Source: Candidatus Collierbacteria bacterium RIFOXYD2_FULL_45_13
GTDB lineage: Bacteria; Patescibacteriota; Microgenomatia; UBA1400; MFAQ01
Reading direction: 5' to 3'
Length of the DNA stretch: 64,000 nucleotides
NCBI GenBank assembly: GCA_001774685.1
Contig: MFAS01000001.1
Span: 91,489-155,488 of the forward strand
Below the pieces are notes generated by a model. That model was not told the origin of the DNA. It saw only the letters and a program-made list of their open reading frames with translations, and made no database searches. Positions 10,336 through 20,044 of this stretch are shown here, one piece after another. The position numbers were made by a program, and so were the translations under genes. Position 1 is the first letter of the stretch, and every line of letters starts with the position of its first letter.

Positions 10336-11340
10336 TTAATCAGTTTTTTGCTGCCAAACGTCCGGGTTCACAAGACAGGATGGCTGTCTTTTTTCAATCG
10401 CATCGGTTATATTCTCCACAACAATTTTTGCCATTGCCATACGCGCTTCGATTGTTGCCGAAGCGGTATGCGGCGTCAGAATGGTGTTGGGAAGGGCTCG
10501 TAACTCCTCAGGAACGTGCGCTTCATCCTCAAAAACATCCAAGCCGGCTCCGGCAATCCATTTTTCCCTGAGCGCCTTAATTAATACCTTTTGATCTACA
10601 ATTGGTCCCCTGGACGTATTGATCAACAACGCGGTCGGCTTCATTAGTTTTAGCTCCCGCTCGCCCACCATGTGTTGAGTTTCCTTGGTCAAAGGAATAG
10701 ACAAACTTACAACATCAGACTTTTCCAAAAGCTGATCCAAAGAATGGTAGGTTACATCGTACTCTTCTTCGAACTCCTCGTCCCTATGGCGATTAAAGTA
10801 TATTATTTTCATCCCTAAAGCACTACACATTCTGGCTGTCCAACGTCCAATCCTCCCTAGACCCACAACACCCATAACTTTATCTTTAATTCCGGTTCCC
10901 AGCAACAGATCCGGTTCCCAACCTTTATACTTCCCGGACCTTATTAACCTGTCTCCTTCTACGATTCTTCTAAACAACGATATCGTCAGAGCAAGGATCT
11001 CTTCGGCCACTGACTCCGTCAAAACTCCGGGTGTATTTGTTACACAAACTCCTCTTTTGGTTGCCGATGGTACGTCAATATTGTCAAACCCTACTGCATA
11101 ATTACTTATCACTCTTAGCTGATCTCCTGCTGCCTCCATCACCTCTTCGTCTATCTTTTCGGTTAACAGGGAAATTATTCCGGTACTTCCCCTAACTCCT
11201 TTTAACAAATCCTCTCGGCCTATATCCCTCCCCGGCCAGACAACTACTTCATACCTATCTTTTAACCTTTCAACAAACTTTCCAAGAAAAACATGAGTCA
11301 CAAATATTTTGGGCTTTTCCATACCTTCATTTAACCACAA
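10336..11340 (-). CDS. D-glycerate/glyoxylate reductase-like 2-hydroxyacid dehydrogenase
   Basis: AVGFDNID, NTPGVLT, GLGRIG, INTSRG, GLDVFE, TPHTAS. Confidence 0.92.
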   Translation of the reverse strand: MWLNEGMEKPKIFVTHVFLGKFVERLKDRYEVVVWPGRDIGREDLLKGVRGSTGIISLLTEKIDEEVMEAAGDQLRVISNYAVGFDNIDVPSATKRGVCVTNTPGVLTESVAEEILALTISLFRRIVEGDRLIRSGKYKGWEPDLLLGTGIKDKVMGVVGLGRIGRWTARMCSALGMKIIYFNRHRDEEFEEEYDVTYHSLDQLLEKSDVVSLSIPLTKETQHMVGERELKLMKPTALLINTSRGPIVDQKVLIKALREKWIAGAGLDVFEDEAHVPEELRALPNTILTPHTASATIEARMAMAKIVVENITDAIEKRQPSCLVNPDVWQQKTD

Positions 11341-11382
11341 TCCAGGTTGTCACTGCTTAGACAGGTAGGACAATTATGGGTT

Positions 11383-12366
11383 TCATATTATTTCCTCCAC
11401 CATTTTCAACTTCTTCGCCATCCATTTCTCCATCTCATTCTTATAAAGCAATCCATCTTTCGCTCCAAGCTTCATTACCTGGCTTCCACCACTGGCCAGT
11501 CCCATCTTCAAATACTCTTCAGGATTACTGTTCTGAAGTATACCCGCCACCACACCACACACAAAGGCATCACCGGCGCCTGTATCGTCTACCGAGTCGA
11601 CCGCAAAAGCATCCATCTTTAGCCAAGTGTGATTGGTTATTACGCTTGCCCCGCGCTTTCCGTCTGTTACCGCCACTACTCTGCACCCAAAATCAGCCAT
11701 TTTTCGCATTATTTCTTTTTCATTATCATAACTAACCCCGGTTAAAATGCTCGCCTCCATACGATTGACGTTAAAAAAGTCAAGTTTGGGGATTAACTTC
11801 ATCAATCTCTCTTTCTGATCTAACTCTTTTCTGCCTGGGTTAAATCCTACTTTCACTGCATTGTTAAAAGCAAACAATATTATGTCTTCAAGAAATTGCA
11901 TTTCTCCCCCCAATGATGATATTTGTATCCAATCGGCTTTTTTAATTTCCTCCCAGTCGATTTCCCTTGAACTTATCAAACCACTTTCTCCACGATAGGT
12001 GACTATCGATCTACCACCATCGGCAGATACCAACACCACAGATAGACCAGTTTTCCCTTCTCCCTTTTGTACCATTGATAAATCAAGCCCCTCTTTCTTT
12101 AGTTGATTTATCATTACCTCCCCCAAATCATCCTTTCCGATTCTTGAGATCATTTTTACCGCTTCACCCAACCGATGAAGTCCCACTGCTACGTTGGTAC
12201 CCCCACCGCCACTCGCCACCATACTCTCTTCGGCCTCAAGCTTTCCACCCACCACCTCGCACATTGCCAAACCTCCCGGCACTTCATGTCCCTTTACTGT
12301 TTTCAGTGCTTTCGACTTAAGTAATACGTCCACCACCGCCGCCCCCACCACAATCACTTTATTCAT
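11383..12366 (-). CDS. PfkB family carbohydrate kinase
   Basis: GGGGTNVAVGLHRLG and DDTGAGDAF signatures. Confidence 0.92.
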   Translation of the reverse strand: MNKVIVVGAAVVDVLLKSKALKTVKGHEVPGGLAMCEVVGGKLEAEESMVASGGGGTNVAVGLHRLGEAVKMISRIGKDDLGEVMINQLKKEGLDLSMVQKGEGKTGLSVVLVSADGGRSIVTYRGESGLISSREIDWEEIKKADWIQISSLGGEMQFLEDIILFAFNNAVKVGFNPGRKELDQKERLMKLIPKLDFFNVNRMEASILTGVSYDNEKEIMRKMADFGCRVVAVTDGKRGASVITNHTWLKMDAFAVDSVDDTGAGDAFVCGVVAGILQNSNPEEYLKMGLASGGSQVMKLGAKDGLLYKNEMEKWMAKKLKMVEEII

Positions 12367-12387
12367 AAATTAATTCTAACTTATTCA

Positions 12388-12553
12388 CATACCATCATCA
12401 CAGTCCATGTTCCTTTGGGAAATTATCCGGAGTCGCGAAAGCATGGCTCCCGCTAAGAGCGGGATTTGGCGACGAGGCCAAAACAACCGCGATCTGCAGG
12501 GTGAGCGGATTGTGGTTTCCATAAAGGAATGTGGACGAAGATGATATGGGTAT
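12388..12553 (+). ncRNA. Long rod-like structured element (6S-RNA-like, or a palindromic repeat)
   Basis: Nested pairings ATCATC/GATGAT, GTCCAT/GTGGAC, GTTCCTTT/AAAGGAAT, GGAAA/TTTCC, ATCCG/CGGAT, GTCGCG/CGCGAT, apical CCCGCT/AGCGGG; G-U pairs favour the + strand. Confidence 0.5.
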
Positions 12554-12564
12554 AATATAGAGGC

Positions 12565-13005
12565 ATGAAACCTTGGCACTTACTACGCCCAAAAACCGGT
12601 AAAGAAATCCCATTCTTAATACTTGTTACTTTCCTTGCTACTTTTGCCGCCTCCCGTCTCTTTACCGCATTGTTTCCAAATACACTTATCGTTGTCAGGG
12701 GCACACATGTTCATCATTTTGCCTACGGATTTATTCTCCTTGCTCTTATTGGCTTTTTCTCCATTGTCCAGCCAAGATCGGACAGAACTCGTCTCAAACT
12801 CGCCCCACTTTATGGTTTTGCTCTTGGAGTCGCTTTCGACGAATTCGCCATGTGGATCCAGCTCGACGATATCTACAAAGACCGCTCCACCTACGATGCT
12901 ATCCTCATCATCACTCTTATTCTTCTAAACATCGTCTATTTTGAAGACTTCTGGAAAAAGTGGGGTTATCGTCTCGACCGCCTCTTCAAACGCCTCTTCA
13001 GCTGA
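12565..13005 (+). CDS. Membrane hypothetical protein (HVHH motif)
   Basis: Four hydrophobic segments, GTHVHHFAYG and FDEFAMW; TATAAT just upstream. Confidence 0.75.
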   Translation: MKPWHLLRPKTGKEIPFLILVTFLATFAASRLFTALFPNTLIVVRGTHVHHFAYGFILLALIGFFSIVQPRSDRTRLKLAPLYGFALGVAFDEFAMWIQLDDIYKDRSTYDAILIITLILLNIVYFEDFWKKWGYRLDRLFKRLFS

Positions 13006-13675
13006 TACCGTACTCCCCTTTGCGCAAGATTGATTGTGCTTTCTCCCAATCAATCTTAAAAACCAAATCTTTATCTTCGTTATCAACTTCGTACAAAATT
13101 TCACCAACTAGCACGAAACCAGCCTCTTCCATCACCTTAATTGATGCGAGATTTTCTCGATCAACAAAAGAAAAAATTTGCCGCGTTGGTCGACTCTCGT
13201 CTCCATTCCCAATCATATTGTTCACTTGAAAGCACACCTGCAACAGACCGCTTGCCACCTGCCTTCCCTTTGCTTCAGGATTTCGTGCATAACTCACCTC
13301 TAATACCAAGTTGTCTGGAGCTAAAAATCCTTCTTTTTCCATTCTTATCCTTAATTCTTCTGGCATTTCATATGTGTTCACAAAACCCTGAACCTCTCCA
13401 ACCTCATCGCTCGTAACATATTCACGAGATCCAACTATCGCAAACAAACAATCATCCCCTTCATTTTTCCCTTTTTGGCCTGCCCATTCTCTTACATCAT
13501 CAATATCCATATTTTCAACTCCCTCAACCCATTTTCTAACTTTCTCATCTTGGACTATTTTTAACAGTCGTCTTATATCTTCCTCATTATCATGATTAAA
13601 AAACCTAATTGAAGTTTTTTGTCCGCGGATACGAAACCGTTCTGTGTCATTGTTTTCTTCAGTAAAATTATCCAT
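12998..13675 (-). CDS. GNAT/RimJ-like acetyltransferase-fold protein
   Basis: EVSYARNPEAKGRQVAS and ENLASIKVMEEAGF motifs. Confidence 0.6.
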   Translation of the reverse strand: MDNFTEENNDTERFRIRGQKTSIRFFNHDNEEDIRRLLKIVQDEKVRKWVEGVENMDIDDVREWAGQKGKNEGDDCLFAIVGSREYVTSDEVGEVQGFVNTYEMPEELRIRMEKEGFLAPDNLVLEVSYARNPEAKGRQVASGLLQVCFQVNNMIGNGDESRPTRQIFSFVDRENLASIKVMEEAGFVLVGEILYEVDNEDKDLVFKIDWEKAQSILRKGEYGIS

Positions 13676-13680
13676 CGCGG

Positions 13681-14475
13681 TTACTTAAACACTATCTCCG
13701 ATAACTTTTTGGAAATATCGTTTGGGTATTTATCTTGCCAGACATTTCTACCAATCGCAATTCCTTTAGCTCCAGCTTTCATTGCTCCTTCAATTTCCAG
13801 GTCAAGATTCTCCCAATCTACTTTCTTTCCCCCCTGTGCCAGCACTCCCGTTTTTCCTGCCGCTCGTACTACCCATTCAAAACTTTCGACATCTCCGGTG
13901 TAAGGCACTTTTACAAAGTCCGCATTTAGCTCCATTCCAATTCTGGCACCATAAGCCACCACATCCCGGTCAGCTTCCCTTCCGGCCACCTTTCTACCCC
14001 TTGGATACATCCAGGCGATCACTATCATCCCCCTGGCATGGGCCTCATCTTCTATCTTGGAAAACTCGACTAACATCTGCTCCTCGTGTTCGCTCCCCAC
14101 ATATATAGTGTATCCAACACCAACAGCCCCCAGCTCGGCCGCCTTTTCTACGGTACAGAGCTGAAGTGACAGCGGTTCTTCACCCTGAAACGAAGTTTTC
14201 CCATTAAGTTTTACGATCAAAGGCGGCACATTGACCTGTCCTGAGCTTGCCGAAGGATAGTATTTTGCCGCCACACCTTCCTGAAATACAATCCCCGTAA
14301 AATATCCGTTCTTGGCAATCTCCATGATGTAGGCTGGGTCTACAGTTTTCTCATTAAAATCGACCGGACCATGTTCGAAACCTTGATCATAGGCCAAAAG
14401 CATTACTTTTCCGTTTCTTTCAATCCTTGTAGTATCTACCATATTCCCATTATTCCATAAAAGCCTTCTCACCAC
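13681..14475 (-). CDS. Class I (DhnA/archaeal-type) fructose-bisphosphate aldolase
   Basis: LAYDQGFEHGP, WMYPRG, ADFVKVPY (Schiff-base Lys), IGRNVWQ. Confidence 0.92.
   Translation of the reverse strand: MVRRLLWNNGNMVDTTRIERNGKVMLLAYDQGFEHGPVDFNEKTVDPAYIMEIAKNGYFTGIVFQEGVAAKYYPSASSGQVNVPPLIVKLNGKTSFQGEEPLSLQLCTVEKAAELGAVGVGYTIYVGSEHEEQMLVEFSKIEDEAHARGMIVIAWMYPRGRKVAGREADRDVVAYGARIGMELNADFVKVPYTGDVESFEWVVRAAGKTGVLAQGGKKVDWENLDLEIEGAMKAGAKGIAIGRNVWQDKYPNDISKKLSEIVFK
14235..14257. repeat. REP-like palindrome in frame within the aldolase gene
   Basis: CCTGTCCTGAGCTTGCCGAAGGA (encodes PSASSGQ); the same core occurs at 54497-54515. Confidence 0.6.
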
Positions 14476-15088
14476 TCAAGTCGTCTTTAATTTCTTGACG
14501 TGGGGGCATCTCCAAATCAAACTCCTGGAGATATTGCATTACCTGTTCCGGCGTGGTTGCTATTTTGTAGACTCTTAAGGCGCCAGGCCGATCACCAATT
14601 CTCATATTCTTTACCAGCGCTTCGACAATAGGATACCAAAACCCACCGTATAAGATTAACGGTTTGTGATGACCAAAATAAAGGTAAGCGAGACCCCAAG
14701 CCATCCCAAACTCTGATAAAGTTCCCGTTCCTCCGTTGAAAACCACATAGGCGTCCCCCAGTTCCAGCAATTTCATTGTCCTGTCCACGTAGTTATTCAT
14801 AATTATCTCCTTATCCGCCTTATTCTGTGGATCTTTACCCTCAAAGTTCTCTATGAACTTGGGGTAGAAAGTCGCCACCGAAGCCACACCACCACCTTCA
14901 TGAGCCCCCTCTGTGGCCGCCCGCATTACACCCGGACCACCTCCGTTTACTACTTCCAAACCACCTTCAGCGATCATCCTCGTTACTTCTACCGTTTCTC
15001 TGTACAAAGGATCTCCTGGTGGGCAGTCGGCAAAACCAAAAATTGTCACAGCCCTTAAATTTTTGAACGTCATACACCCACTATACAA
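14450..15088 (-). CDS. LOG family protein (nucleotide phosphoribohydrolase-like)
   Basis: NGGGPGVMRAA and FNGGTGTLSE motifs. Confidence 0.88.
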   Translation of the reverse strand: MYSGCMTFKNLRAVTIFGFADCPPGDPLYRETVEVTRMIAEGGLEVVNGGGPGVMRAATEGAHEGGGVASVATFYPKFIENFEGKDPQNKADKEIIMNNYVDRTMKLLELGDAYVVFNGGTGTLSEFGMAWGLAYLYFGHHKPLILYGGFWYPIVEALVKNMRIGDRPGALRVYKIATTPEQVMQYLQEFDLEMPPRQEIKDDLSGEKAFME

Positions 15089-15096
15089 GAAAATTC

Positions 15097-15780
15097 CTAA
15101 ACCGCACCCAGATTTTCAAGCCTCCTGAGTTCCTCTTCTATATTCTCGGCATTAAAAAGATCGGATCCCACCGCAAACTCCATGCCCAGAAAACTTTTAT
15201 TGAACTCATCTTCCGCAATTTCCTGAGACCACTCGGCCGCCAAGCATCTTTTGATATTTTCCACGGTCAGACCACCGTCAACCACGATATTAATAAACTC
15301 ACTCATCTCTCTGACTTTCTTTATTTTAGCTAGAACCCGTTCGTCAAATTTTTGTACCCCCTGCGTCCCCGCCTTCACACTCATTAGTAGTACTCCATCA
15401 AGATTGTTAATCATCTCCTCCAGACCATCAAGTGGGGTATCAATATCAAAAGCCAGTCCGGCCTTCATCCCCGCCGCCTCTGTATCGGCCACAAACCTGG
15501 CTCTATCTTCCATTTTCTCTACATGACCATATAGTGACGTCATCCCCGCCGCCGCACATCTATCAACCCACTCCTCGGGTTTGTCCACCATCAATTGTCC
15601 TTCAAAGTCCACAATAGTATCAATGTTTAATAGTATTTCCGGAGTGACTGTTTCCGTCGGAGCAAACTTACCATCAATAATATCCATTTGTACTCTTTTT
15701 GTTATTCCCCAGACCCTTTTAAGCTTTTCTTCAAACGCCGTAATGTCTTTTTCCAGTATAGCTGGCACAATTGTCACCAT
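15097..15780 (-). CDS. rpe: Ribulose-phosphate 3-epimerase
   Basis: IVPAIL, QMDIIDGKFAP, LLMSVKAG, VVDGGL; adjacent to rpiB. Confidence 0.85.
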   Translation of the reverse strand: MVTIVPAILEKDITAFEEKLKRVWGITKRVQMDIIDGKFAPTETVTPEILLNIDTIVDFEGQLMVDKPEEWVDRCAAAGMTSLYGHVEKMEDRARFVADTEAAGMKAGLAFDIDTPLDGLEEMINNLDGVLLMSVKAGTQGVQKFDERVLAKIKKVREMSEFINIVVDGGLTVENIKRCLAAEWSQEIAEDEFNKSFLGMEFAVGSDLFNAENIEEELRRLENLGAV

Positions 15781-16217
15781 TATATTAAGTTATCTAATTT
15801 CATAATTCTCCTTCTATATTTATCTTCACGAGACGCTTCTTCGGTTAGAAAGGTTTTTATCATCCTCCTTGCTGAAGGCTCATCAACATAATCGGAGGGT
15901 ACGGACAATGCATTTATATCATCATCTGTCCGCCCTTTCTTTACAGCCTCCTCCCCAAAGGCGAGCCCGCACCTTACCCCCGCAAATCGGTTAGCCGCAA
16001 TCACCATACCAAATCCATTCCGGCAGAACAATATCACTCTGTCACCCGAAGAGGTTACCGCTTTCACCGCCTGCTGTGCGAAATACACATAGTCATCCTC
16101 AGCCACCGAATTATCGGCCCCAACATCCTCCACCGTATATCCCTCAGTGGCTAGCCATTTCTTAATTAACTCTTTCATCTCAAACCCCCCATGATCCGCA
16201 CCCAATATTACTTTCAT
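15780..16217 (-). CDS. rpiB: Ribose-5-phosphate isomerase B
   Basis: GADHGGFEMK, FCRNGFGMVIAANRFAGVRC. Confidence 0.9.
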   Translation of the reverse strand: MKVILGADHGGFEMKELIKKWLATEGYTVEDVGADNSVAEDDYVYFAQQAVKAVTSSGDRVILFCRNGFGMVIAANRFAGVRCGLAFGEEAVKKGRTDDDINALSVPSDYVDEPSARRMIKTFLTEEASREDKYRRRIMKLDNLI

Positions 16218-16239
16218 ACTTTAATATACCAAACGAAAT

Positions 16240-16423
16240 GATTAATATTTTAGTTCCGAAGTACCTGCCCGTTTAGGAAAAGATTGCGCAAGGCGAAAAA
16301 GCCCGGTTTTTTATGTATTCATAAAAATTTTTCGCTGCAAGTCAGGACGGATTTCGCACCGGCGAAATAGCGTCCGTTTTTCCGTACGGATAGGTACGAT
16401 AGGAACCTAGAAAAATATTAATC
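16240..16423. repeat. Structured MITE/REP-like element with 12-bp terminal inverted repeats
   Basis: GATTAATATTTT...AAAATATTAATC perfect TIR; internal stems GTACCT/AGGTAC, GGAAAA/TTTTCC, GCGAAAAA/TTTTTCGC, GGACG/CGTCC. Confidence 0.6.
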
Positions 16424-16723
16424 AAGACCCAACTCCGCCCTTAACTCTTCCGACATGGCGTCCTTACTCCAAGGCGGATCCCAAACCAGGTCGATAGTTA
16501 CATTCTTAACTTCAGGGACATCCTTCATCGCCTCCCTCACCATCTTGTCTATCACAGGAGCCAGTGGGCATCCCGGGCTAGTCAAAGTCATCTCCACTTC
16601 TGCTTCACCGTCCTCATATCGTATATCGTAAATTAACCCCAATTCCACAATACTTACGCCCAATTCCGGATCAATCACTTTTTTCAAAGCTTCCCGTATT
16701 TTGTCTTCAATCATTTCCATCAC
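16418..16723 (-). CDS. DUF59/SufT-like metal-sulfur cluster assembly factor
   Basis: DPELGVSIVELGLIY, MTLTSPGCP, WDPPW. Confidence 0.92.
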   Translation of the reverse strand: MMEMIEDKIREALKKVIDPELGVSIVELGLIYDIRYEDGEAEVEMTLTSPGCPLAPVIDKMVREAMKDVPEVKNVTIDLVWDPPWSKDAMSEELRAELGLD

Positions 16724-16911
16724 CTTATTTTAAACTGTGCTTCGATCAAAACAAAGACCCCCCAAATCGCCAGTGTCAGACCCACCAACATCCACTGTGT
16801 ACTAGCCAACCACAAATCTGAACCCAAAGCACCAAAAAATGCCATCCCTACTGACACCACAGAAGCATAGATAAGCACCTTTCCCACCATCAATTTATCC
16901 TTATTCCGCAA
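16720..16911 (-). CDS. Small two-TM membrane protein
   Basis: 63 aa, two hydrophobic helices, overlaps the next start. Confidence 0.6.
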   Translation of the reverse strand: MRNKDKLMVGKVLIYASVVSVGMAFFGALGSDLWLASTQWMLVGLTLAIWGVFVLIEAQFKIR

Positions 16912-16986
16912 TTCTATACACCTCCTCTCATAATATATATTACAAAATATTTCTGTTATTCTCAGTATAACAAATGTAACTGCTTT

Positions 16987-18585
16987 CTATTTTCTCTTCT
17001 TTTTAAACAAATCAATATATTTATCTAGATTATCTTTTGTCATTGTTTTTAAGCTATCTCCTATCCAAACCGACCCTCGGAATTTTTTTATGAAGTCAAA
17101 CTGCTCACCAACCTGGGTACCAGTTAATCCGGACCCCCGTCTTCCCACAAAACAATCTGCATCATTAATCCACACTTTCCCGTTCAAAAACAATCTGGCA
17201 CTACTATTTCTCATACTCTCCCTGAACATGTAGTTGTTAATCATTTTTCCTACTACCGGAAATTTTGAAACATAGGGATTTATTGTATCGATACCGACCC
17301 TCGCCGAATCTACGATCCCCACCAGCGGCGAAAGTTGCGTAATTGCCGACATTAGGTGAGTCTTTTTCCCCGCTGCGTTTCTAATAGTCTCATAGCCCAT
17401 TCTTAGAGCTTGTGCTCTCGTCACAGGAAGAAAATAATTGCCGGAAAAACAGACTGGATAAGTAAAGTCTATTTTTAGCATCTCAAATCCCCAATCTAAC
17501 ATTTGTTTCACCACTTTTTTGATATAACTCCGGACTTCTGGGTGGGTCGGATCCAGGACTTTTAGCAAAAGTTGTGGTAAAAAATCCAAGGGAGAACTTT
17601 GCCGGCCGGATAGTTCTCTTCCGGAATCATCACGCAAAAACCATTCCGGATGCTCCAGGTACACTCTGCTTTTAGAACTCGCCACATAAGGCGCAAACCA
17701 TAACCCCGCTTTAAGCCCGGCCTTCCGCACTTCTTTTACTACCGACTTCATCCCTAAAGGAAAACTCTCATTAATTTCCAACCAATCTCCCCAAACACAG
17801 TATCCGGCATCAATCTCCACATATTTTATGTTGGATTTTTTGGGAAATATAGAAAGTGCCTTTAACTGGTCAAGGAGATAATCTTCGCTCACAACATTGC
17901 CCTGATAATAATATGCGCAGCAAAGCCCCACCGGAGGGTTCTTTATACTTTTGGTTTTAGAATGCTTTTTTATCAAATCGGAATATATTTCCAGTGATTG
18001 CCTGGTCCTTTGTTCCCAAACAAAGGCAATCATTTCCGAAAGTATTTTCTCCCCCGGCTTTAAGGTCAGCCCATCGAGCTGGCAGGTTACCCGAACCCTT
18101 ACCCCTTGCCTGTTCTGATTAAGGTAAATCTGCGAAAATTGATCGCGGGATGTTACGGCTCCGATCACAATTCTCCCTTTGGGAAATATCAATTGTGTAA
18201 ACCACTCATTTACCATCGATCCTACCGGATAACCATAACTTTCTAAGAACGAGTTTGGGTTTTGATCCCTCCTGAGAAAAAATTTCTTTGGCCTTGTTTT
18301 AACAATTTTATTTCTGTATCCTGAGAAACTCGATTGGCCCCACCCATTTTCCAACACCATTTCAGTCCTTACGGGCAACAAAAACTCGGCAACCACAATC
18401 GAGTTCACTCTGATTTCTTTCTTCGCTTGATTGCTTATCTCCACCCGAAGAACCAATACCTCCGGTTTTTCTTCGACAATCTTCCTTACCAAGCCGATTC
18501 CCTCTTCGTTGTCAGGCGCTACAAACTTATTTTCTTCATTAACTTTGACATAACATCCAAAAGAAGAGTTAGAAATATTTCTCAT
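16987..18585 (-). CDS. Alpha-galactosidase-like glycoside hydrolase (GH36)
   Basis: EIDAGY, GLKAGLWFAP, LDPTHPEV, MLKIDF, SARVGID. Confidence 0.8.
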   Translation of the reverse strand: MRNISNSSFGCYVKVNEENKFVAPDNEEGIGLVRKIVEEKPEVLVLRVEISNQAKKEIRVNSIVVAEFLLPVRTEMVLENGWGQSSFSGYRNKIVKTRPKKFFLRRDQNPNSFLESYGYPVGSMVNEWFTQLIFPKGRIVIGAVTSRDQFSQIYLNQNRQGVRVRVTCQLDGLTLKPGEKILSEMIAFVWEQRTRQSLEIYSDLIKKHSKTKSIKNPPVGLCCAYYYQGNVVSEDYLLDQLKALSIFPKKSNIKYVEIDAGYCVWGDWLEINESFPLGMKSVVKEVRKAGLKAGLWFAPYVASSKSRVYLEHPEWFLRDDSGRELSGRQSSPLDFLPQLLLKVLDPTHPEVRSYIKKVVKQMLDWGFEMLKIDFTYPVCFSGNYFLPVTRAQALRMGYETIRNAAGKKTHLMSAITQLSPLVGIVDSARVGIDTINPYVSKFPVVGKMINNYMFRESMRNSSARLFLNGKVWINDADCFVGRRGSGLTGTQVGEQFDFIKKFRGSVWIGDSLKTMTKDNLDKYIDLFKKKRK

Positions 18586-19276
18586 AAAAAATGTGTTCCT
18601 CCCGCACCCCTTTTTCTTTCAGGTTCTTTTCCATCTCCGTGATCATATTCGGCGCACCGCATAGATATACCAAAGTCTTTGTCCAATCCTGCTCAAGCCG
18701 ATTAACGACGGTATCGACATGTCCGGCAAACCCAGGCCAACCCTCCGTCGGCTTTGAGATGACAATGTCGTGTTTAAAATTGTCAAAATCTCGGTTTATA
18801 TTATCCAGCTCTTTCAGCCAGTATAGTTCTTCGGGGTGACGCATTCCCCAAACCAGTCTCACCTCATTGGTAAAATGTTTCCGGTACAAAAGATCCTCTA
18901 TCATCGGTTTGAAAGGGGCTATCCCTGTTCCGGTAGCCAAAAAAAGTATGTGTCTTGCTTCGAACAACAATAGTGGATCGATCGTAAACCTGCCCAAGAA
19001 AGCCAAAACCTCGACACTGTCTCCTACCTTTAACCCAAGTATATATTTTGATCCCACGCCCATCGGTGTCACATCTACCAACAAGTCAATCACATTTTCG
19101 TCTGGCAAACTAGCTATTGAATAAGACCTTCTTGTTCCATCCGCAGCCACCTTCAGACTGGCATACTGGCCGGGTATATACTCCACCTTTTTATCAAAAC
19201 CAATCCTCACAAGATAGTTATTTCCCGCCAAGTTTTCCATATACTCCACTCTTCCCAATAATTTTTCAGGCAACAT
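18569..19276 (-). CDS. FAD/NAD(P)-binding oxidoreductase (ferredoxin-NADP reductase family)
   Basis: RSYSIAS, ATGTGIAP, YLCGAPNM, C-terminal FYEKYF. Confidence 0.9.
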   Translation of the reverse strand: MLPEKLLGRVEYMENLAGNNYLVRIGFDKKVEYIPGQYASLKVAADGTRRSYSIASLPDENVIDLLVDVTPMGVGSKYILGLKVGDSVEVLAFLGRFTIDPLLLFEARHILFLATGTGIAPFKPMIEDLLYRKHFTNEVRLVWGMRHPEELYWLKELDNINRDFDNFKHDIVISKPTEGWPGFAGHVDTVVNRLEQDWTKTLVYLCGAPNMITEMEKNLKEKGVREEHIFYEKYF

Positions 19277-19288
19277 AAGGCTATTTTA

Positions 19289-20044
19289 CTATCTACTAAC
19301 GATTAAATAACCGACAATTATCAAGGCAGTCCCCAACAGTAATCTCATCCACTTGGTATTCTTATGCTCCCACTCCTTCATGTCCACCACCTGTTTCCCT
19401 TCTGCCATAGCCGACAATATCAATATTAGTGGCATCACGAAGATCAAATTGTAATACAGGAACCATCCCAGTATTTGCACCATCGGCAAACCCGATCTGG
19501 CGAGTACAGCCGTGGTTCCAATATAAAGAGGCAACATGCAAGGTGTGGAAAAAACCGTTGTCAGAAACCCGATCAAGGCAGCCATTCCGACCCCCGTCTT
19601 TACCATTAGTTTGTTTATCTTTTCAAAACCCAACCTAGGCATTCGTAAATGAATGGGTAAATCCTGCCAAAAGACATCCTTCAGCTGAATTAGTCCCGCC
19701 AAAGCCAATGCTCCTCCGATCACATACTTGAAGACTCCGGCAAGCCATGATCTTTGGAAATAAAAGGCCGCGCTATAAAAGACGAGTCCCAAGAGCAGAT
19801 AAGTTACAAACGTACTCAGTATATAGGTAAAACCAATTTTATAGATCCATTTCTTATCTTTACTTCTCCCCCCAAACACCAACAGGTATCCCAAGAAGGT
19901 GATCATCATCCCTATGCCACAAGGGTTGATCCCGTTCGTCAAAGCAGTTATGGTGAGTATCGGCAGACTGATTTGCATTTTATTTAGTTTCGAGGAGTTG
20001 TTTAACCTTATCAACCACAAATGGTGCTCCCACCTGTTCTCCAT
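19289..20044 (-). CDS. CcdA/DsbD-like transmembrane electron transporter (start probably the ATG near 19978)
   Basis: Multi-TM with INPCG and STPC cysteine motifs; next to DsbA. Confidence 0.8.
   Translation of the reverse strand: MENRWEHHLWLIRLNNSSKLNKMQISLPILTITALTNGINPCGIGMMITFLGYLLVFGGRSKDKKWIYKIGFTYILSTFVTYLLLGLVFYSAAFYFQRSWLAGVFKYVIGGALALAGLIQLKDVFWQDLPIHLRMPRLGFEKINKLMVKTGVGMAALIGFLTTVFSTPCMLPLYIGTTAVLARSGLPMVQILGWFLYYNLIFVMPLILILSAMAEGKQVVDMKEWEHKNTKWMRLLLGTALIIVGYLIVSR

Noticed and set aside
12388-12553. SRP RNA or a riboswitch
   Set aside because: No SRP domain IV motif and no recognisable aptamer consensus; kept only as an unassigned structured element.
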